Positions 12,354 through 25,839 of a stretch of DNA of 64,000 nt are shown piece by piece. This DNA comes from Nageia nagi (taxonomy: Eukaryota > Plantae > Pinophyta). Where the stretch lies: NCBI GenBank assembly GCA_050084985.1, contig JBITNC010000002.1, forward strand, positions 4,464,001 to 4,528,000, read 5' to 3'. The translations under genes were made by a program, and so were the position numbers. The notes below the pieces were generated by a model that was given only the letters and a program-made list of their open reading frames with translations, was not told the DNA's origin and did no database searches. How positions within the stretch are numbered: the stretch's first letter is position 1; every line of letters starts with the position of its first letter.

Positions 12354-13609
12354 TAAACTACTCAATATAAAAATAAAATGTAAATTACAATACTATATTT
12401 CACAATTCATAATTCTATCTACAAAATGAGAATGATAAAAATGTTTCAATGGAAAATTAGAAATAAATAATTCTAATATTATTAAGAACCCATAATATCT
12501 AAAATGGGATTTAAGGAAATAAACATAGAAATACGACTAGCAACAGATCTAAATGATGACAACATAATGATAATACAAATCATAATAGTAGGAAGATTGC
12601 AATAGAGAAACTTTACTAAAAGGAAAATGAATTGCAGGCCACTTCAAGGGGCATAACTCCTCAGAACCCAAAATAATATATTTTTTCAAGATAATGTCTA
12701 TTCCCCTCCAACATATATTTATAGTCTTACTAAACCTAACCCTAATCAATCATTTAATACAAAATGGTGATTCGCCTAACAAACCATGTTGGTCCCACCT
12801 TACAATTTAATATATGTTAATAATATAATTAATTAACTAATATAATATATAGTAAATATTAGGATATGGGATCCTAACATGCCATCTCCCTTAAAAGAGA
12901 ACTTCATCCTCAAAGCTAAAAATTTGAGAAACTATTACTGAATTTGAAGTATCTCCCAAGTTACATCCTCAAGGGTCAATCCGCACCACTAGATAAGAAC
13001 TTCAATAATGGTGTGATTGCGAAGTTGATGCATGCAATGGTCTAGAATGACCTTAGGTTCAAAAATGATGGAGTCATCATCATTGAATTTGAGTAGTTCA
13101 ATTTGAATTGTAACCTAGGAGCCTAATAACTTCTTAAGATAGGAGACATGAAGGATCAGGTGAACCTTATAAGATGTAGGTAATACCAATTTTTATGTTG
13201 CAGGTCCAATATGTTGGAGGATTTTGTAAAACCCATAAAACCATCGCATGAACTTCTAGGGTCCTTTTATCTTGAGAGATATTTATCAATATGGTTGAAT
13301 CTGCAAGAAAACCATGTCTCCTTTTCGAAATTCCCTCTCAACTTATTGTTAATTAACTTATTATTTCATGCAATGTTGAGCCACTTGTAGATTCTCTTGA
13401 AGGATGTTGTTGATGTCTACCTGATTGGTTGCTTGGTGGTATCTATTGCTTGGACATTAGTGCTACCAAGAACATATGAGGCCATAGTGGGTGGGTATTG
13501 GCCATACAAGGCTTCATAGGGGATCATCTTGATAGAAGTATGATATAAAGTATTATACCACCATTTTGCTAAGGGAAGCCATTTAACCCAATAGATAGGT
13601 TGAGCTAAA

Positions 13610-14680
13610 GAAAAATAATAAAAATAAAAATATATATATTAATGTCCACAGATGGCCAAAAGCGATCAATGGGAATGATAGATACAATCATGAGAGATGA
13701 GTCAATGGAGCCCATAGTAGGCCCAGTGAGCTAATAAGAAAAGAAACATAAGTACAACCATAAAAAAAGGCAAAATGGTCAAGAAGTATCATCTTTGATC
13801 TACCTAAGGGGTGGGGTTGGGGGTGCACTCTCCACTAAAGAAAGAGCATTCATGCCCGAGGAGGTTTCGCTTGACGCTTTGCTACTAGGAGGGAAGAATG
13901 AGGTAATATGGTGGTACCTCAATGGTGCTTGTGTGGTGAGAAGGTGCCTCCTAGTATGCCATAAAGGAAGAGGGGGATCATCTCTCTAGCATTTACAGAT
14001 CCCATCTAGTATGGAAGCTCGAAAGTAGGAGGTGATACGATGATTCATTAGCAACTATTGGGTGCTTGCATGGATATGTTATTGTAGGAGGAGGAATTCC
14101 CACACAAAGAGAGCAAAACATCTTTGGTTGGGGTACTGAAAGAAAGTAGATAGAGATCTATGAGAGTCTCGAAAGATGCAATGGTATCGACCACGAATCT
14201 CATAGTAAACTGAGCATTGAAAGATGAAATGGTCCTTTGATTCGATCTAAAGGGACAAGAGGAAGCAAATCTATGATTTGATTCAACTCTCAACTGGTGA
14301 GAGCAGACACAAAACTATCCTAAGGATGTTTGTAGTCCAAGGGGAAGGTAGAGGCTGCAGTAGCTTGGCAGGAGGATCATTCCATCATCAATCTGAAGAT
14401 ACTATTGGGCATAGTGTGCTAGCTTAGGCAAAAGCTACTAAGGAGGGACACCCAAGTCATTTGAATGAAATTCCTATAGATGGCCTCTTGAATATCTGAA
14501 AGAGAGTTTTTAGAAGAACTCTAACCATTCCCCATAGGGGTGAGGAGCGCACCCAAGGTGAAATTGAACCTCTAAAATAGCTTTATAACCTCTGCAAACC
14601 AACATCTATGATATCCCTATGCCACTAAATCCATTGATGAGGCTAAGGCTTGCAATGGGAGTCGCTTCATGCCGTCAACA
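13610..14680 (-). mobile_element. 5'-truncated RTE-like LINE 3' end inserted into the Gypsy integrase
   Basis: Interrupts the integrase between LDMYL (~14690) and SLAQPIYW (~13605). Minus-strand SHQLRVES...DHFIFQCSVYYEIRGRYHCIFRDS is a LINE C-terminal Cys/His motif. T/A-rich simple tail at the 3' end; no clear TSD. Confidence 0.65.
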
Positions 14681-15715
14681 GATCTAGATACATATCTAAG
14701 AATGTATTAACAATCTCTATTTGGGGATGATAGGTTGAGCTCATATTGAGTTAAGTACCTTAGACCTTGAATAATTCTTGCCATAATGTGCTGGTAAAGG
14801 TTAGATCATGGTCACTAACAAGAGTAGTAGGAATCCATGGAGTTTTAAAATGTTATCAAGAAAATGTTACACTACATTTACAGCCTTGTAGGGGTGAGTT
14901 AATGGGCAAAAGTATGCATACTTGGACATCCTATCTATTACCACCATGATAACTGATTTTCCATAAGATTTTGGGAGGCATTCAACAAAAATCCATTGAA
15001 ATATCAATACAAGTTCACTTTGGTATAGGTAGAGGCTGAAGAAGGCTTGGGGAACCAACTATCTCACATTTTTAGCATTAAGAAACATCATATTCAAAAA
15101 TAAATTTCTTGATATCTTATTTCATTCCTAGCCAATAAAAGGAGTGTATCATGCACTTGTAAGCTTTCAGAAACCAATAGTGCCTAATATTTGGAGTAGA
15201 AAGCACTTCTTGAAGTATCATCCCACTGTATGAAGAGTTTATAAGTAGTGCAATATGATCCTTATATATAAGAATCCCATCATGCTAAGAGAAATGGGAT
15301 TTGTTGGTAGGACCAATTTGAAGATTTTGAATTACTATTTAAGTGAAGTTGTCCTTAAGCCATTCTTATTTAATCTAGTCGAGCCATTGATGGGAATGGA
15401 GATGAGATGGCATGAAGTGTTGAAAGCTCCTCAAATATCCAAGAAAGGGTATTTATGACTACATTTTAGTACCCTTTCGATACACGATGTCATAGTCATA
15501 TCCCAAAAGTTTTGGTATCCACTTTTGTTGTTCAGAAGTTGAGATGCATTTCTCTAAGAAATATTTCAAACTATGATGATTGGTACAAAAGAGAAAGTAT
15601 CGACTAATGAGATATGGTCGAGCTAATGCTAAAAAATATGAATAATGGCGAGCATTTTTTTTTCATAGGTGGACTTAGCCAAATTTTTACTTGAGAAGGT
15701 CTTTCTTGTGAAAGC

Positions 15716-16014
15716 TGTTGGAAACCTAATCCTTAGAGATTAAGTTTGAATGTAAATAATTAGATTTAGGTGTTATAAGTGTGTAGGTGTGAGAAAGTAT
15801 TTTATATTATGTATTTTTTTTATTTGTGTATTGGAGGAATTCCAAAGGTCATCGTAAGATGAATTTATAAAGTCTTTAGGCAGTTAAAGAGTCTCTTAAG
15901 GAAGGTGAAGTGATAAGCCACTTTTTCCTTTATTTATATATGTTGTATTGATGTAATACATGAATTTTGGAGTTAATAGAATTTAGATTTGCAAACCTAA
16001 GAGTGGACCTTACA
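15716..16014. mobile_element. Solo LTR (299 bp) inserted in the Gypsy RNase H
   Basis: TG...CA ends (tgttgg...cttaca) and TSD aaagc/aaaga. Removing it restores GCPL-(S/A)F-TRK in the host RNase H frame. Confidence 0.8.
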
Positions 16015-17654
16015 AAAGACAAGGGGCATCCTTGCTACATCAACACAACTCCAATTCCTACTCCAAAGGCATTACTTTCAATTATGAAAACTTTGGAGAA
16101 TTCGAGCATGGCCAAGATTTGGGTAGAGCATATGGAAACCTTCAATTGATCAAAAGCTTCTTTAGCCACAAGAGACCAATATATATTTTTTTTAGCAAGA
16201 CAGTGAGTGGGCTTGCAATCTTTCCATAATATTTCACAAATTTATGATAGTAACAGTTTAACATGTTCATGTTGTTCAAACCAATTTATATATCGAAAAT
16301 CAAGTATTTCAGAAGCAAGGCCACTTTGTATTTTGAAAATATAGCATTAATCTCATGTTTCACATCGATTTTACTTGCAATTATTTTATAAATACATTAC
16401 ATGTTCTACTCACAATGTTTCAAAAAGGCCATGGAACTCCCATGATCATGATTTTATCAAAATTTACAGGTAATAAACTCTTCTATGATCATGATTTCAA
16501 ATCCAAAGCTTTGGGGCATAATCGATCTCATTTGCTTTAGGGCATTAAATAAACCGTTATTCACAATGGTAATGGTTCAAAATCAACATATTATATTGAT
16601 TTCATCTTTGCTCCTATTTTGATTATTCTTTTAAAAGATGTAATCTATGTACGTATTATCTTTTTGTTTCTACAGATCTTCTTCATCCAAATTGGAGAGT
16701 AGAACCAAAGGTGTCATCAATCCTACAACCAAAAGATGCAATTTTGGCTTGACTTCCCCACTGTGAAATAATTGGGGTAATCAAGGCCAAAATGGGATAG
16801 GAAGATTTCATACTCAAGCATATAAATATTTCAAGGAAGTGCTCTTTACTATTGAAATGTTTTTATACTTCTCTATGCTTCTTTGGATTATGTAATTTCA
16901 AGATATTTTTTCATTACATATCTAAAGAGAGGAAAAATGTAGACACCTAAAAATGATATATTATTAATTAATAAATCGTATTTAGACATCACAAAAGAAT
17001 AAATAGTAATATTACAAGAATTAAGGCTAGTGTGTTGTTACAATGCTATAGCATGTGCTAAGTTCAATGCAATATCATTAATCATGATTTATTCTGGAAA
17101 TGGCTTGATATTACAAAGATTATATTTTATTGTTATAGATTAGCTTTCACTCATTTCTATGACCTTGCAAGTTATAAATAAAGAAGTTAGAGGTTGACAC
17201 TCCTTATCAAATATCTTTGATAAGTGCTTGTCTATACATTGGCTACACTACACAATACAACGATGTCTCTTAAAGCCACATATTTTAGAATTTGTTATTC
17301 TATGAGTTTATGTTACTTGTTATCTCCATTGTCTACCTTAATATTACAAAACCCATGACATGCATAGAGTGTGAGGTCTGTAACGATAGCATCCATGTCA
17401 TTACTCCTTATGTTCTAGAGTGATAGTCTAAAGGATGTTAAGTATTGATCCGATTCATTGAATATCCATATGGCTTCATCCTAGATTCAATGCAATCCTC
17501 TACGTATTGCACCACATCTTAAGGATTACTTATTTCTCATATCAAGCACACACTTTCTTACTATTAATTTGATAATCTTGATAAATGATTTTCACCATAT
17601 ATTAGTAGATTTATAATTATTGTGTTTCTTTATTATAAACTACAATTACCAGTC

Positions 17655-18050
17655 CACATTTTGGTACTTACCAATTTGTAGCAACCTTTTGAGATTAAGA
17701 CAAATCCTAATGAGTATATCATAGGAGCAATTTTGATGCAAGGAAGGAGACATGTTCATTAGCATTTCAAGAAGTTTAGTGGAGCAATTTTGAACTATCC
17801 TACATATGATAAGGAGTTGTTTGCACTAGTCCAAATGATGAAGAAATGGAAGCATTATTTGATGGGAAACGATACAATAATCCATATTAATCATTGGTCA
17901 TTATAGTTTTTGCAATCTCAATTGAAGTTGCAACAAACAAGGCACTATAGGTGGATGGATTTTTTCTGCAATAGTTCCATCTACTTATAAAATATAAGAA
18001 AGGTAGCACAAATAAAATAGTTGACATACTTTCTAGATTGCCATTGGTCC
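17655..18050 (+). mobile_element. Ty3/Gypsy RNase H fragment from a different family
   Basis: QPFEIKTN..IGAILMQG...NYPTYDKELFALVQ..KKWKHYLMG...LQQTRHYRWM...IKYKKGSTNKIVDILSR, with stops. Confidence 0.8.
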
Positions 18051-19461
18051 TCATTCTACAAATTTTTGGTTATCAGTGGTCCTCTAGTAAAAAAAAAATT
18101 CTATTCTAACAATAATGAAATTTTATCTTTTTATTCAGGATGCTTTTCAGAAAGCATGTAGGATGTAGATTTTGGAGAGGTTTATCAAAGACTAAAATAG
18201 TCAACTACTCTATGTTTTTATTATATGGATGAATATCACTTAAAAGCATTCTCCCTCAAATTTGGTGACTTGGCACTTGAAGAAAGAGACCACCAAAGGT
18301 CCTTTCTTGTCAACCTCTAGACTGTCAATGGTCCTAGTATGACTACAATTATGTAGGAATTTGAACCAATTGGAGTCCTTTTGGGAGTTGGAATGTTTTT
18401 TGCAATTCAAGGGGTGTCATTTTTATTCATTTATCTTCCTGAATGCTTCAAGTTTAGGTTGTTGACCATTATTGAAGGTTTGAGAAACTATTGCAAATTC
18501 AAGGAGTGTTGCAGTTTAAAGGAGTGGTGTTGTCGTTCTTGACAATGTTATTCCATATTCTCTATACTTGTAATGCTTCATTTGGGCCCAATAAGGAAAG
18601 AAGACTATTAAACTAGATGTACTTCCATATTAGGAGGAACCAATATAAATTTTCATGTCAATTTGTATGATTGTTTAATTCCTTTACTGTTAGATATTTT
18701 CTTGCAATAGTTAACAATTGCATATTAAATTTTAAGTATTGATTCTACCTAGAAAGGACCACCAACAACCCATTTTCTTAAGTAAAAATTTATAATTTGT
18801 ATTTGATGAAATTTAAAATAGCATATCTTATGGAATTTTATAGGTCAACCATTAATCACAGTACCTTAGCTAATTGTATCTAATTTGTTCAACTAATATT
18901 AGAGCAGGTGAATAACTTTAATTAATCTCCTAGAAAATTTAGAGAGGCTTTATAAGGATAAATTCTAAGGTGTTGCATATATTTGGGAGTCTTATTGATG
19001 TTATTTTATAATTTATTTCTAAACTATGTTATACTAGAAAGCATGTAGAGTTAATCTAAAACAGCATTTCAATAGTTTCAAGTACATGCATAACCTAAGA
19101 CTAAAATCCATTTAGAATTTTCTGAAACAATAAAGATTTACATAGTAATATACAATAGATAAGCTTGTTTAAACTCTCCAGGCCTTTAAAAGCTTACAAT
19201 TGATCATTGTCCAAATTTAGCAACTATTGGAAGTCTAGAGTCCTAATTTTGCTTTTGCTTTAGAGAATCTTCCATTTTAATTTAGGACTCCATGAATTCT
19301 TGTAGAAAATTTGACTTTTTTACCTTTTCAAAGCTTCAATGATTCTTATTAAAACTTAACTATTTAAAATATTTTCCTTGATCTACTCCATTGATATTTG
19401 ACTTTATCTAATGGCTCTAGGCTTTAAGTCGAAACTTTAAAAAAAAACTTTTATGGTATAT

Positions 19462-22400
19462 TGAAGATTTTGAAAATAAGAGAACAAATAATGTGTATAG
19501 CCAGAACATAGTGAGGCTAACCATAGGCGAAATAAATAGCAAGATAAATTTGAAGACCAAAATATATGTACTACAAAGAACTAAAATTTTTACAAGGCTC
19601 TTTTGAAGCTAACAAGAAAACATACACGGTTCTTTACTCTTCTCTTCCATCATATTACTTTTTATGCATAGGCTTTTTATCCTTATACTAAGATAAAATA
19701 TTATATGCCTAATACTTGGTCAAAACTACCATTAAATGCAACATGGCTCCATGCATGCATTTTTTCATCCTTTTTGCAAGGAGTAGAGGAAGCCCATGCC
19801 CTTGTATGCACAATGTTTAAAACACATTAAATGGTTACAAAAGGTAGATCAACCATGTTTGTACAAAAATGTTAATGTCAGTGTTCAAAAACTAGTGTCA
19901 GTGGTTGAGCATTTAATTTCGAGGTAGAAATACATTAGACGAACATTTTTGAAGTGTTAATACAAGTTCCGATGCAAGAGGGACATCATAGCACAATAAG
20001 ACCTGGGATCCAGGGTCTAAAATAGTTAGGTTGCTAACCCAAAATAGCAGGTGTTAATGATACCTGCAATTCAGAAGATAAAATGATGCCTGAATATAGA
20101 TCTCGAATTTCGGTAGTGCCCAGAGATAAATAGAACCTGGAGCTGATCAATAAGTCCCGAAGCTCGAGGTTAATAGAGCCAAAAGAACAATGCAGAGCAG
20201 ATCAATGGGAGTGAGAGATAGATCCTAGAATGAGAAGATGGTTCCCAAAGTGAGAGAGAGCCTAGTGGAAACAACAAGTGCAATCGAGAGAACACAAACT
20301 ACTAAGTCCCAATCTTCAAGAGGTAATTCCTTCAATCACCATATCTTGGAGCACAAGGTTTGTTACTACCCAAAGAAAAGACTATCATCTGGGAGTTTTG
20401 AGGATCATTAGTGTTTGGAGAGAAGATAGGAGTCAATAACAACCAGACAAGATATTAATATTTTCAATTGCCCCCTTAATCTCCATGTCAAAATGAGAAC
20501 ATTTTCTCTGTCAGCCAAAAAACACAAATACAAAAAAAACAAAGTTAAATACATATGAAATATATACAGAGTCCAACTAGTAGCCTGTGCTAGTCAAGGT
20601 TCATCAACATTTGCCTCCAGAATGTCTAAGGTTTGGACTCCAAGTTGGCTTCGAAGGTAGCAGAAATGATCCTTGGGAAATGGCTTTGTAAAGATGTCTG
20701 CAATTCAAGCATCAGAAGGATAGTGATGAAACTGGATAAATCCATCTTCGACCAAATCTCTCATAAAGTGATAGCGCATATCAATATGCTTTGTTCTATT
20801 GTGAAACACAGGGTTCTTGGTCATGGCAATCATGCTAAGATTATCATAATGCACTAAAATGGGGAGCTCAATATCCATTCCCAAATCTTCAAAGAGATAG
20901 GCAAGCTAAATGGCTTGTGTATAAGTGGTGGAGGCAGCAATTTACTTAACTTCTACTGATGAAAGTGCAATCATGGATTGCTTTTTACTGCTCCATGAGA
21001 CCAAAGATTCTCCAAAGAAGAATCCATACCCTGACATGCTCTTCCAATCATCAAAACAACTAGCCCAATTAGCATCTGTATAGGCTTGTAACATTGCCTA
21101 GTTTGATGATTTATACCAAAGCTCATATTAACATGTGCCACTCACATAACATAGGATCCACTTGGCTACAATCCAATGCATTTGATGTGGTGAGTGCATG
21201 AATCGGGCTACTTTGCTGACAAACATGATTTCCAATCTGATAGTAATGAGATACATAAGGCTACAAATCAAGTATCAGTACATAGTGGCATCAACATGTG
21301 GAGAGGAGTCTTCCTTCAATAGCTTGGCTCTGACAATTATTAGTGTATCAACAGGGCTACAATTTTGCATCTTGAAGCGGGCCAGCAAATCTTTCACATA
21401 TTTGGACTGAATGATCAAAATACCACTGGATGATTGCTTGACTTATAGGCCAAGGAAATAATTCCTCTCCAAAATCACTCATCTCAAATTCACTGATCAT
21501 AGCATTCTTGAATTGGTCTATCATAGCATCAGAGGTACTAGCAAAAATGATATCATCAACATACAAGCACATAATAAAGAAGTTGCTACCTTCAACTTTT
21601 GTGTATAGTGAGCTTTCCACTAAGCATTTTTGATAACTATTTTTTCGAAGATAACTATCAATCTAAGCGTACCATGCTCGAGATGTTTATTTAAGACCAT
21701 AGAAAGCCTTTTTGAGTTTATACACCTTGTCTGCTTGATCATGAATAATAAATCCATCAAGATGCTTAACATAAACAACCTCCTTTAAATATACATTAAA
21801 TAAAGTGAATTTGAAATCCATCTGATAGACTGTCAATTCAAAATGAGAGGAAAGTGCAAGCAGAGATCTCAGTCTCTGGTCGAGCCACCAACGCAAAAGT
21901 CTCATCATAATCTAGCTCTTCCTTCTGAACATATCCTTTAGCAACTAGACGAGCTTTGTGTTATGCAATACTCCCATCAATATTATGCTTCAATTTATAA
22001 ATCTACTTGACACCAATTACCTTTTTATCTTTGGGAGAAGGTACAAACTCTTAAGTGTCATTCTTCTGAATTTGCTCAATCTCATCTTCCATGGCTTTCT
22101 TCCAATCTTCATTAACAACAGCTTCAGTATATGAAGAAGGCTCAACAAATGAAGCCATTAATGCATAAGAGATATTTTCTTCTTGATTTCTAGCTCTAGT
22201 TTGTGATTGGATCATTCTTTTGTTGAGCTCCTTATCCAACATCAATGATGGAGGATGATAGCGATCACTTGTCCACTTATTTTTTATTGGTGGAGTATGA
22301 GCAGTAGGAGACTAGCTTGGCTATTCTCAGTGTGGTGAGCTAATGGCTGGTGAAGATGGTGATGAAGGTTGAGGAGGAGGAGGTGCAGTAGTGTGAGGAG

Positions 22401-25400
22401 ATTCACAATCTTCATCAAGTTGAAATCTAGTAGTGGTGTCTTCAATATCATTTTTTTGATTAGTTATTCCTCCTCCTTCAAAAATTACATCTTTGTTGAT
22501 GTGTATCTTACCAGTTAGTGGATCATAACATCTATAGGCCTTAGATGCTTCAGAGTATCCCACTAAAATGCATTTGATGGATTTCTCATCAAGCTTCTTT
22601 CTATTTTCTTTTGGCACATGCACACAACAAGTTGAGCCAAATATTTGGGGATAAGAAATGCTTAGTTGTACACCAAACCAAGCTTCATAAGGAGTGGTGT
22701 CCTTCAAAACTTGAGTGGGACACCTATTCAGAATATAAATAGCAATATGCACTACTTCACCCCAAAAACTAGTGGGAAGGCCTTTTTCTTTTATCATGCA
22801 TCTAGCCATCTCAACAACTATTCGATTTTTTTATTCAACCACTCCATTCTATTGTGGAGTGTAGGTAGTTGTATATCGCCTAACAATGCCATGCTAATGG
22901 CAAAAATTCTTAAATACATTCTAAATGAATTCTCCTCCTCTATCAGTTTTGAACTTCTTGATAAAATAGCCAAATTGTTTTTCAACAAGAGATTTAAATT
23001 TGACAAAACTCTCAAAAGAATCTTACTTGTTTTGCAGTAAATAAAGCCAGCTCATCTTAAAAAAGTCATCAGTAAAGATAAGCATATATCTTGACTTACC
23101 ACCTTGGTTGGAAGTTTGCATTGGTCTACATAGGTCTGCATGTACTAGCTAAAGAGGGTACTTAGCCCTGTTTTGGTGCTTTGAAAACTTCACTCTATGT
23201 TGCTTACTTGCCATGCAACTTTCACAGATCTCACTTGGTGTATGGGAGATGGCAGAAAGGCCTCTCACCAATTTATGCAAACCATTTAATGAGTGAAAAT
23301 TTAAATGACCAAATCTCTTATGCCATAACCAGGCATAATCAATGGATGCTTTTAAACAACTTGTTGCAAATGTCATCTTGAGCACATACATCCTATTTTC
23401 AATCATATGGATGGTGGCTATAAGCTGGTTAGTGGTCTCTTTTACTATGGTACACCCTTTCCTTCTGAAGGTGGTTATATAACCCCTTATACTAAGCTGA
23501 CCAATACTTAACAGATTATGCTTAACGCTAAGAACAAAAAGAATGCTTTGCATATAAAATATCTTACCAAATTTAGAATTAAAGGCAACAGTCCCTCTAC
23601 CGTGGATGTTGGCACTTTTGTTGTCACTAAACCTGACCTGGCCTATGACAGAGGTGTTAACATTAAAAAACAAGGCTTTGCTTCTAGTCATGTGGTTAGA
23701 GCATCCACTATCTAGGTACCATACATCTTCTTTTTCAACTTGAAAACTACTATAGGTGAGGAATGTGCTACTCTCGACTTGGTCCTCAACATACTAAGCT
23801 TTGAGCTTGGGATTCTTCTTCCAGCAATATGATTCTATGTGACCATCTTTGTTATAGAAGTCACAATGTATGGGAGTGTCACCTTGTGATCTTCCTCCAA
23901 AATGACCTCTTCCACAGCCTCTTCTACCTCTGCCTTGGCCACCACTACCACTTCTTCCATGAAATGATCCACCTCTTCCATGAGAGGATGAAGAAGAAGA
24001 ACTAAGATTTGATGAAGAGGGCTCTTGGCCCTTCATATTCAATTGTCCTTGGAAAGCATTGTCCAAAGACTCAACTCTATCACTAATTTTATATTCATAG
24101 CTATTTAGGCTACCCTACAACTTTGCAAGTATGAGTTGGGATAGGTCCTTTGCTTCTTCAATGGTAATGGTAATTGGATCAAATCTTTCGGGGAAGCTTC
24201 GGAGCATCTTTTCTACAATTCTAGTGTCTCCCATCTCTTCATCATGTGAATGGAGGGCATTTACAAGATGTTGGATCTTGGAAAAGAAAAAACTTATATT
24301 CTCTTCCTCTCTCATATGGAGCGATTTGAACTCCTTCCTTAACAGTTGGAGCTTTACCACATAAACCTTGACTGATCTTTTATATGCGATCTCCCATGCT
24401 TCCTTAGAAGTCTTACACTCTGCAATTTTGGGGAAGATGGACACATCTATCCCAGATTGGATAGCAAACAATGCATTGGCATCCTTCTTACGGTTCTCCA
24501 ACACTTCTTTCTTCTCATCTACAATCATGGCTGCAAAGGTGACTTTATTTGAGTTGTTAAAACCTTGGGAAACAAATGTCCGCAGGTCTTGAGAGATAAG
24601 AAATGTCTACATTCGAATGCACCAGTACTCGTAATGGTCTCTACTGAAAATGGGAATCTGCAATTGGAGTGAATTTCCTAGCTTGGAATCCATTTAACCT
24701 AATAAATCTCCCGCTCTGATACCAATTGAAGATTTTGAAAAGAACAGAACAAATAATGTGTATAGCCAGAACACAATGAGGCTAGCCATAAGCGGAATAA
24801 ACAGCAAGATAAATTTGGAGACCAAAATATATGTATTGCAAAAAGTAAAATTTTTACAAGGCTCTCTTGGAGCTAACATGAAAACATACAAAGTTCTTTA
24901 CTTTTGCTCCTCCATCATCGTACTTTTTACGCATAGGCTTTTTATCTTTATACTAAGATAAAATATTATATGTCTGCTACTTAATCAAAACTACTATTAA
25001 ATGTAGCATGGCTCCATGCACACATTTTGTTATCCTTTTGTAAGGAATAGAGGAAGCCCATGCCCTTGTATGCATGATGTTTCAAACACATTAAATGGTT
25101 GCAGAAATTAAATCAACCATTTTTGTACAAAAATGTTAATGCTGGTGTTCAGAAACTAGTATTGAGCATTTAATTCCGAGGTAGAAATCCCGTAGATGGA
25201 CGTTTTCAGAATATTAATTCAAATTTGAAAGATTTCAGGGGTCTAAAACGGTGAGGCTGCTCACCCAAAATAGCAGGTATTAACAATACCCGTAGTCCAG
25301 AAGACAAAACAGCACCCGAATATAGATCTCAGATTTCAGTAGTGCCCGGAGATAAATAGAAACATGAGTTTATCAATAAGTCCTGGAGCCCGGTGTCAAC

Positions 25401-25692
25401 AGAACCAGGAGAACAACGCAAAGAAGATCAGTGGGAGTGAGAGATAGATCTCGTAATGAGAAGATGGTTCCCGGAGTGAGATAGAACCCCGTGGAAACAG
25501 CAAGCGCAACCCGGAGAACACAAACTACTAAGTCCCGGTCTCCGGGAGGTAATTCCTTCAGTCGCCATATCCCGGAGCGTGGGGTTTGTTACTGCCCGGA
25601 GAAAAGACTATCATCCGGGAGTTTTGAGGATCGTTAGTGCCCGGAGAGAAGACAGAAGCCAATAACACCCGGACAGGAGATTAATATTTTCA
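19462..25692 (-). mobile_element. Full-length but inactivated Ty1/Copia LTR retrotransposon
   Basis: LTRs 19462-20466 and 24727-25692 (TG..CA). PBS gctctgatacca (tRNA-Met complement) at ~24713-24724; PPT attgccccctt at 20467. Domain order gag-protease-integrase-RT-RNase H. TSD imperfect (gtatat / gtatt). Confidence 0.95.
20600..24693 (-). pseudogene. Copia gag-pol with stops and frameshifts
   Basis: MDSKLG..PIFSRDHYEYWCIRM; zinc knuckle CDFYNKDGHIESYC; WYLDSGCSNHMT; WLWHKRFGH; FWGEVVHIAIYILNRCPT; YQMDFK; CLYVDDIIF; IADIFTKP. Confidence 0.9.
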
Positions 25693-25839
25693 GTATTTAG
25701 AAACCTCTAAATCTTCAAAATGTTATAAAGTTAAACACTGCATTTGTTTATTAAGAATGTAATTTGCAATATCATCTCTCTTCCTCATTGTACATAAAGG
25801 CAATAAAAGTTAAACACAACATTGTTTCAAAATCTTTAT

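Larger units (their letters stand above)
10268..13406 (+). repeat. Segmental duplication, copy 2
   Basis: Direct repeat of 1783-4616 with indels, including an 18-bp tandem duplication at ~10411-10447. Confidence 0.95.
12480..16262 (-). mobile_element. Duplicated Ty3/Gypsy chromovirus, 3' half: LTR, chromodomain, integrase, RNase H and RT end
   Basis: LTR 12480-12879 ending cctaaca, with an adjacent PPT-like tract. Chromodomain-like EPKVILDH..LRNHTIIEVLI*W..LEDVTWE; integrase VIMVVIDRMSKYAYF; RNase H GVGIGVVLM..AKSTYEK; RT end YYHKFVKYYGKIASPLT at ~16200-16260. Confidence 0.9.

Noticed and set aside
16263-17650. Possible exon after tttctacag (~16676) and an LTR-like start tgtagacacctaaaa (~16939)
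   Set aside because: No convincing reading frame, partner LTR or TSD could be identified.
18240-18910. LTR-like tract ending in a degenerate PBS (taatattagagc)
   Set aside because: Probably retroelement-derived, but boundaries and family could not be supported.
20633-24592. Plus-strand ORFs within the Copia (e.g. 20633-20857, 22666-23040, 24131-24364)
   Set aside because: They are antisense shadows of gag-pol with no independent evidence of coding.
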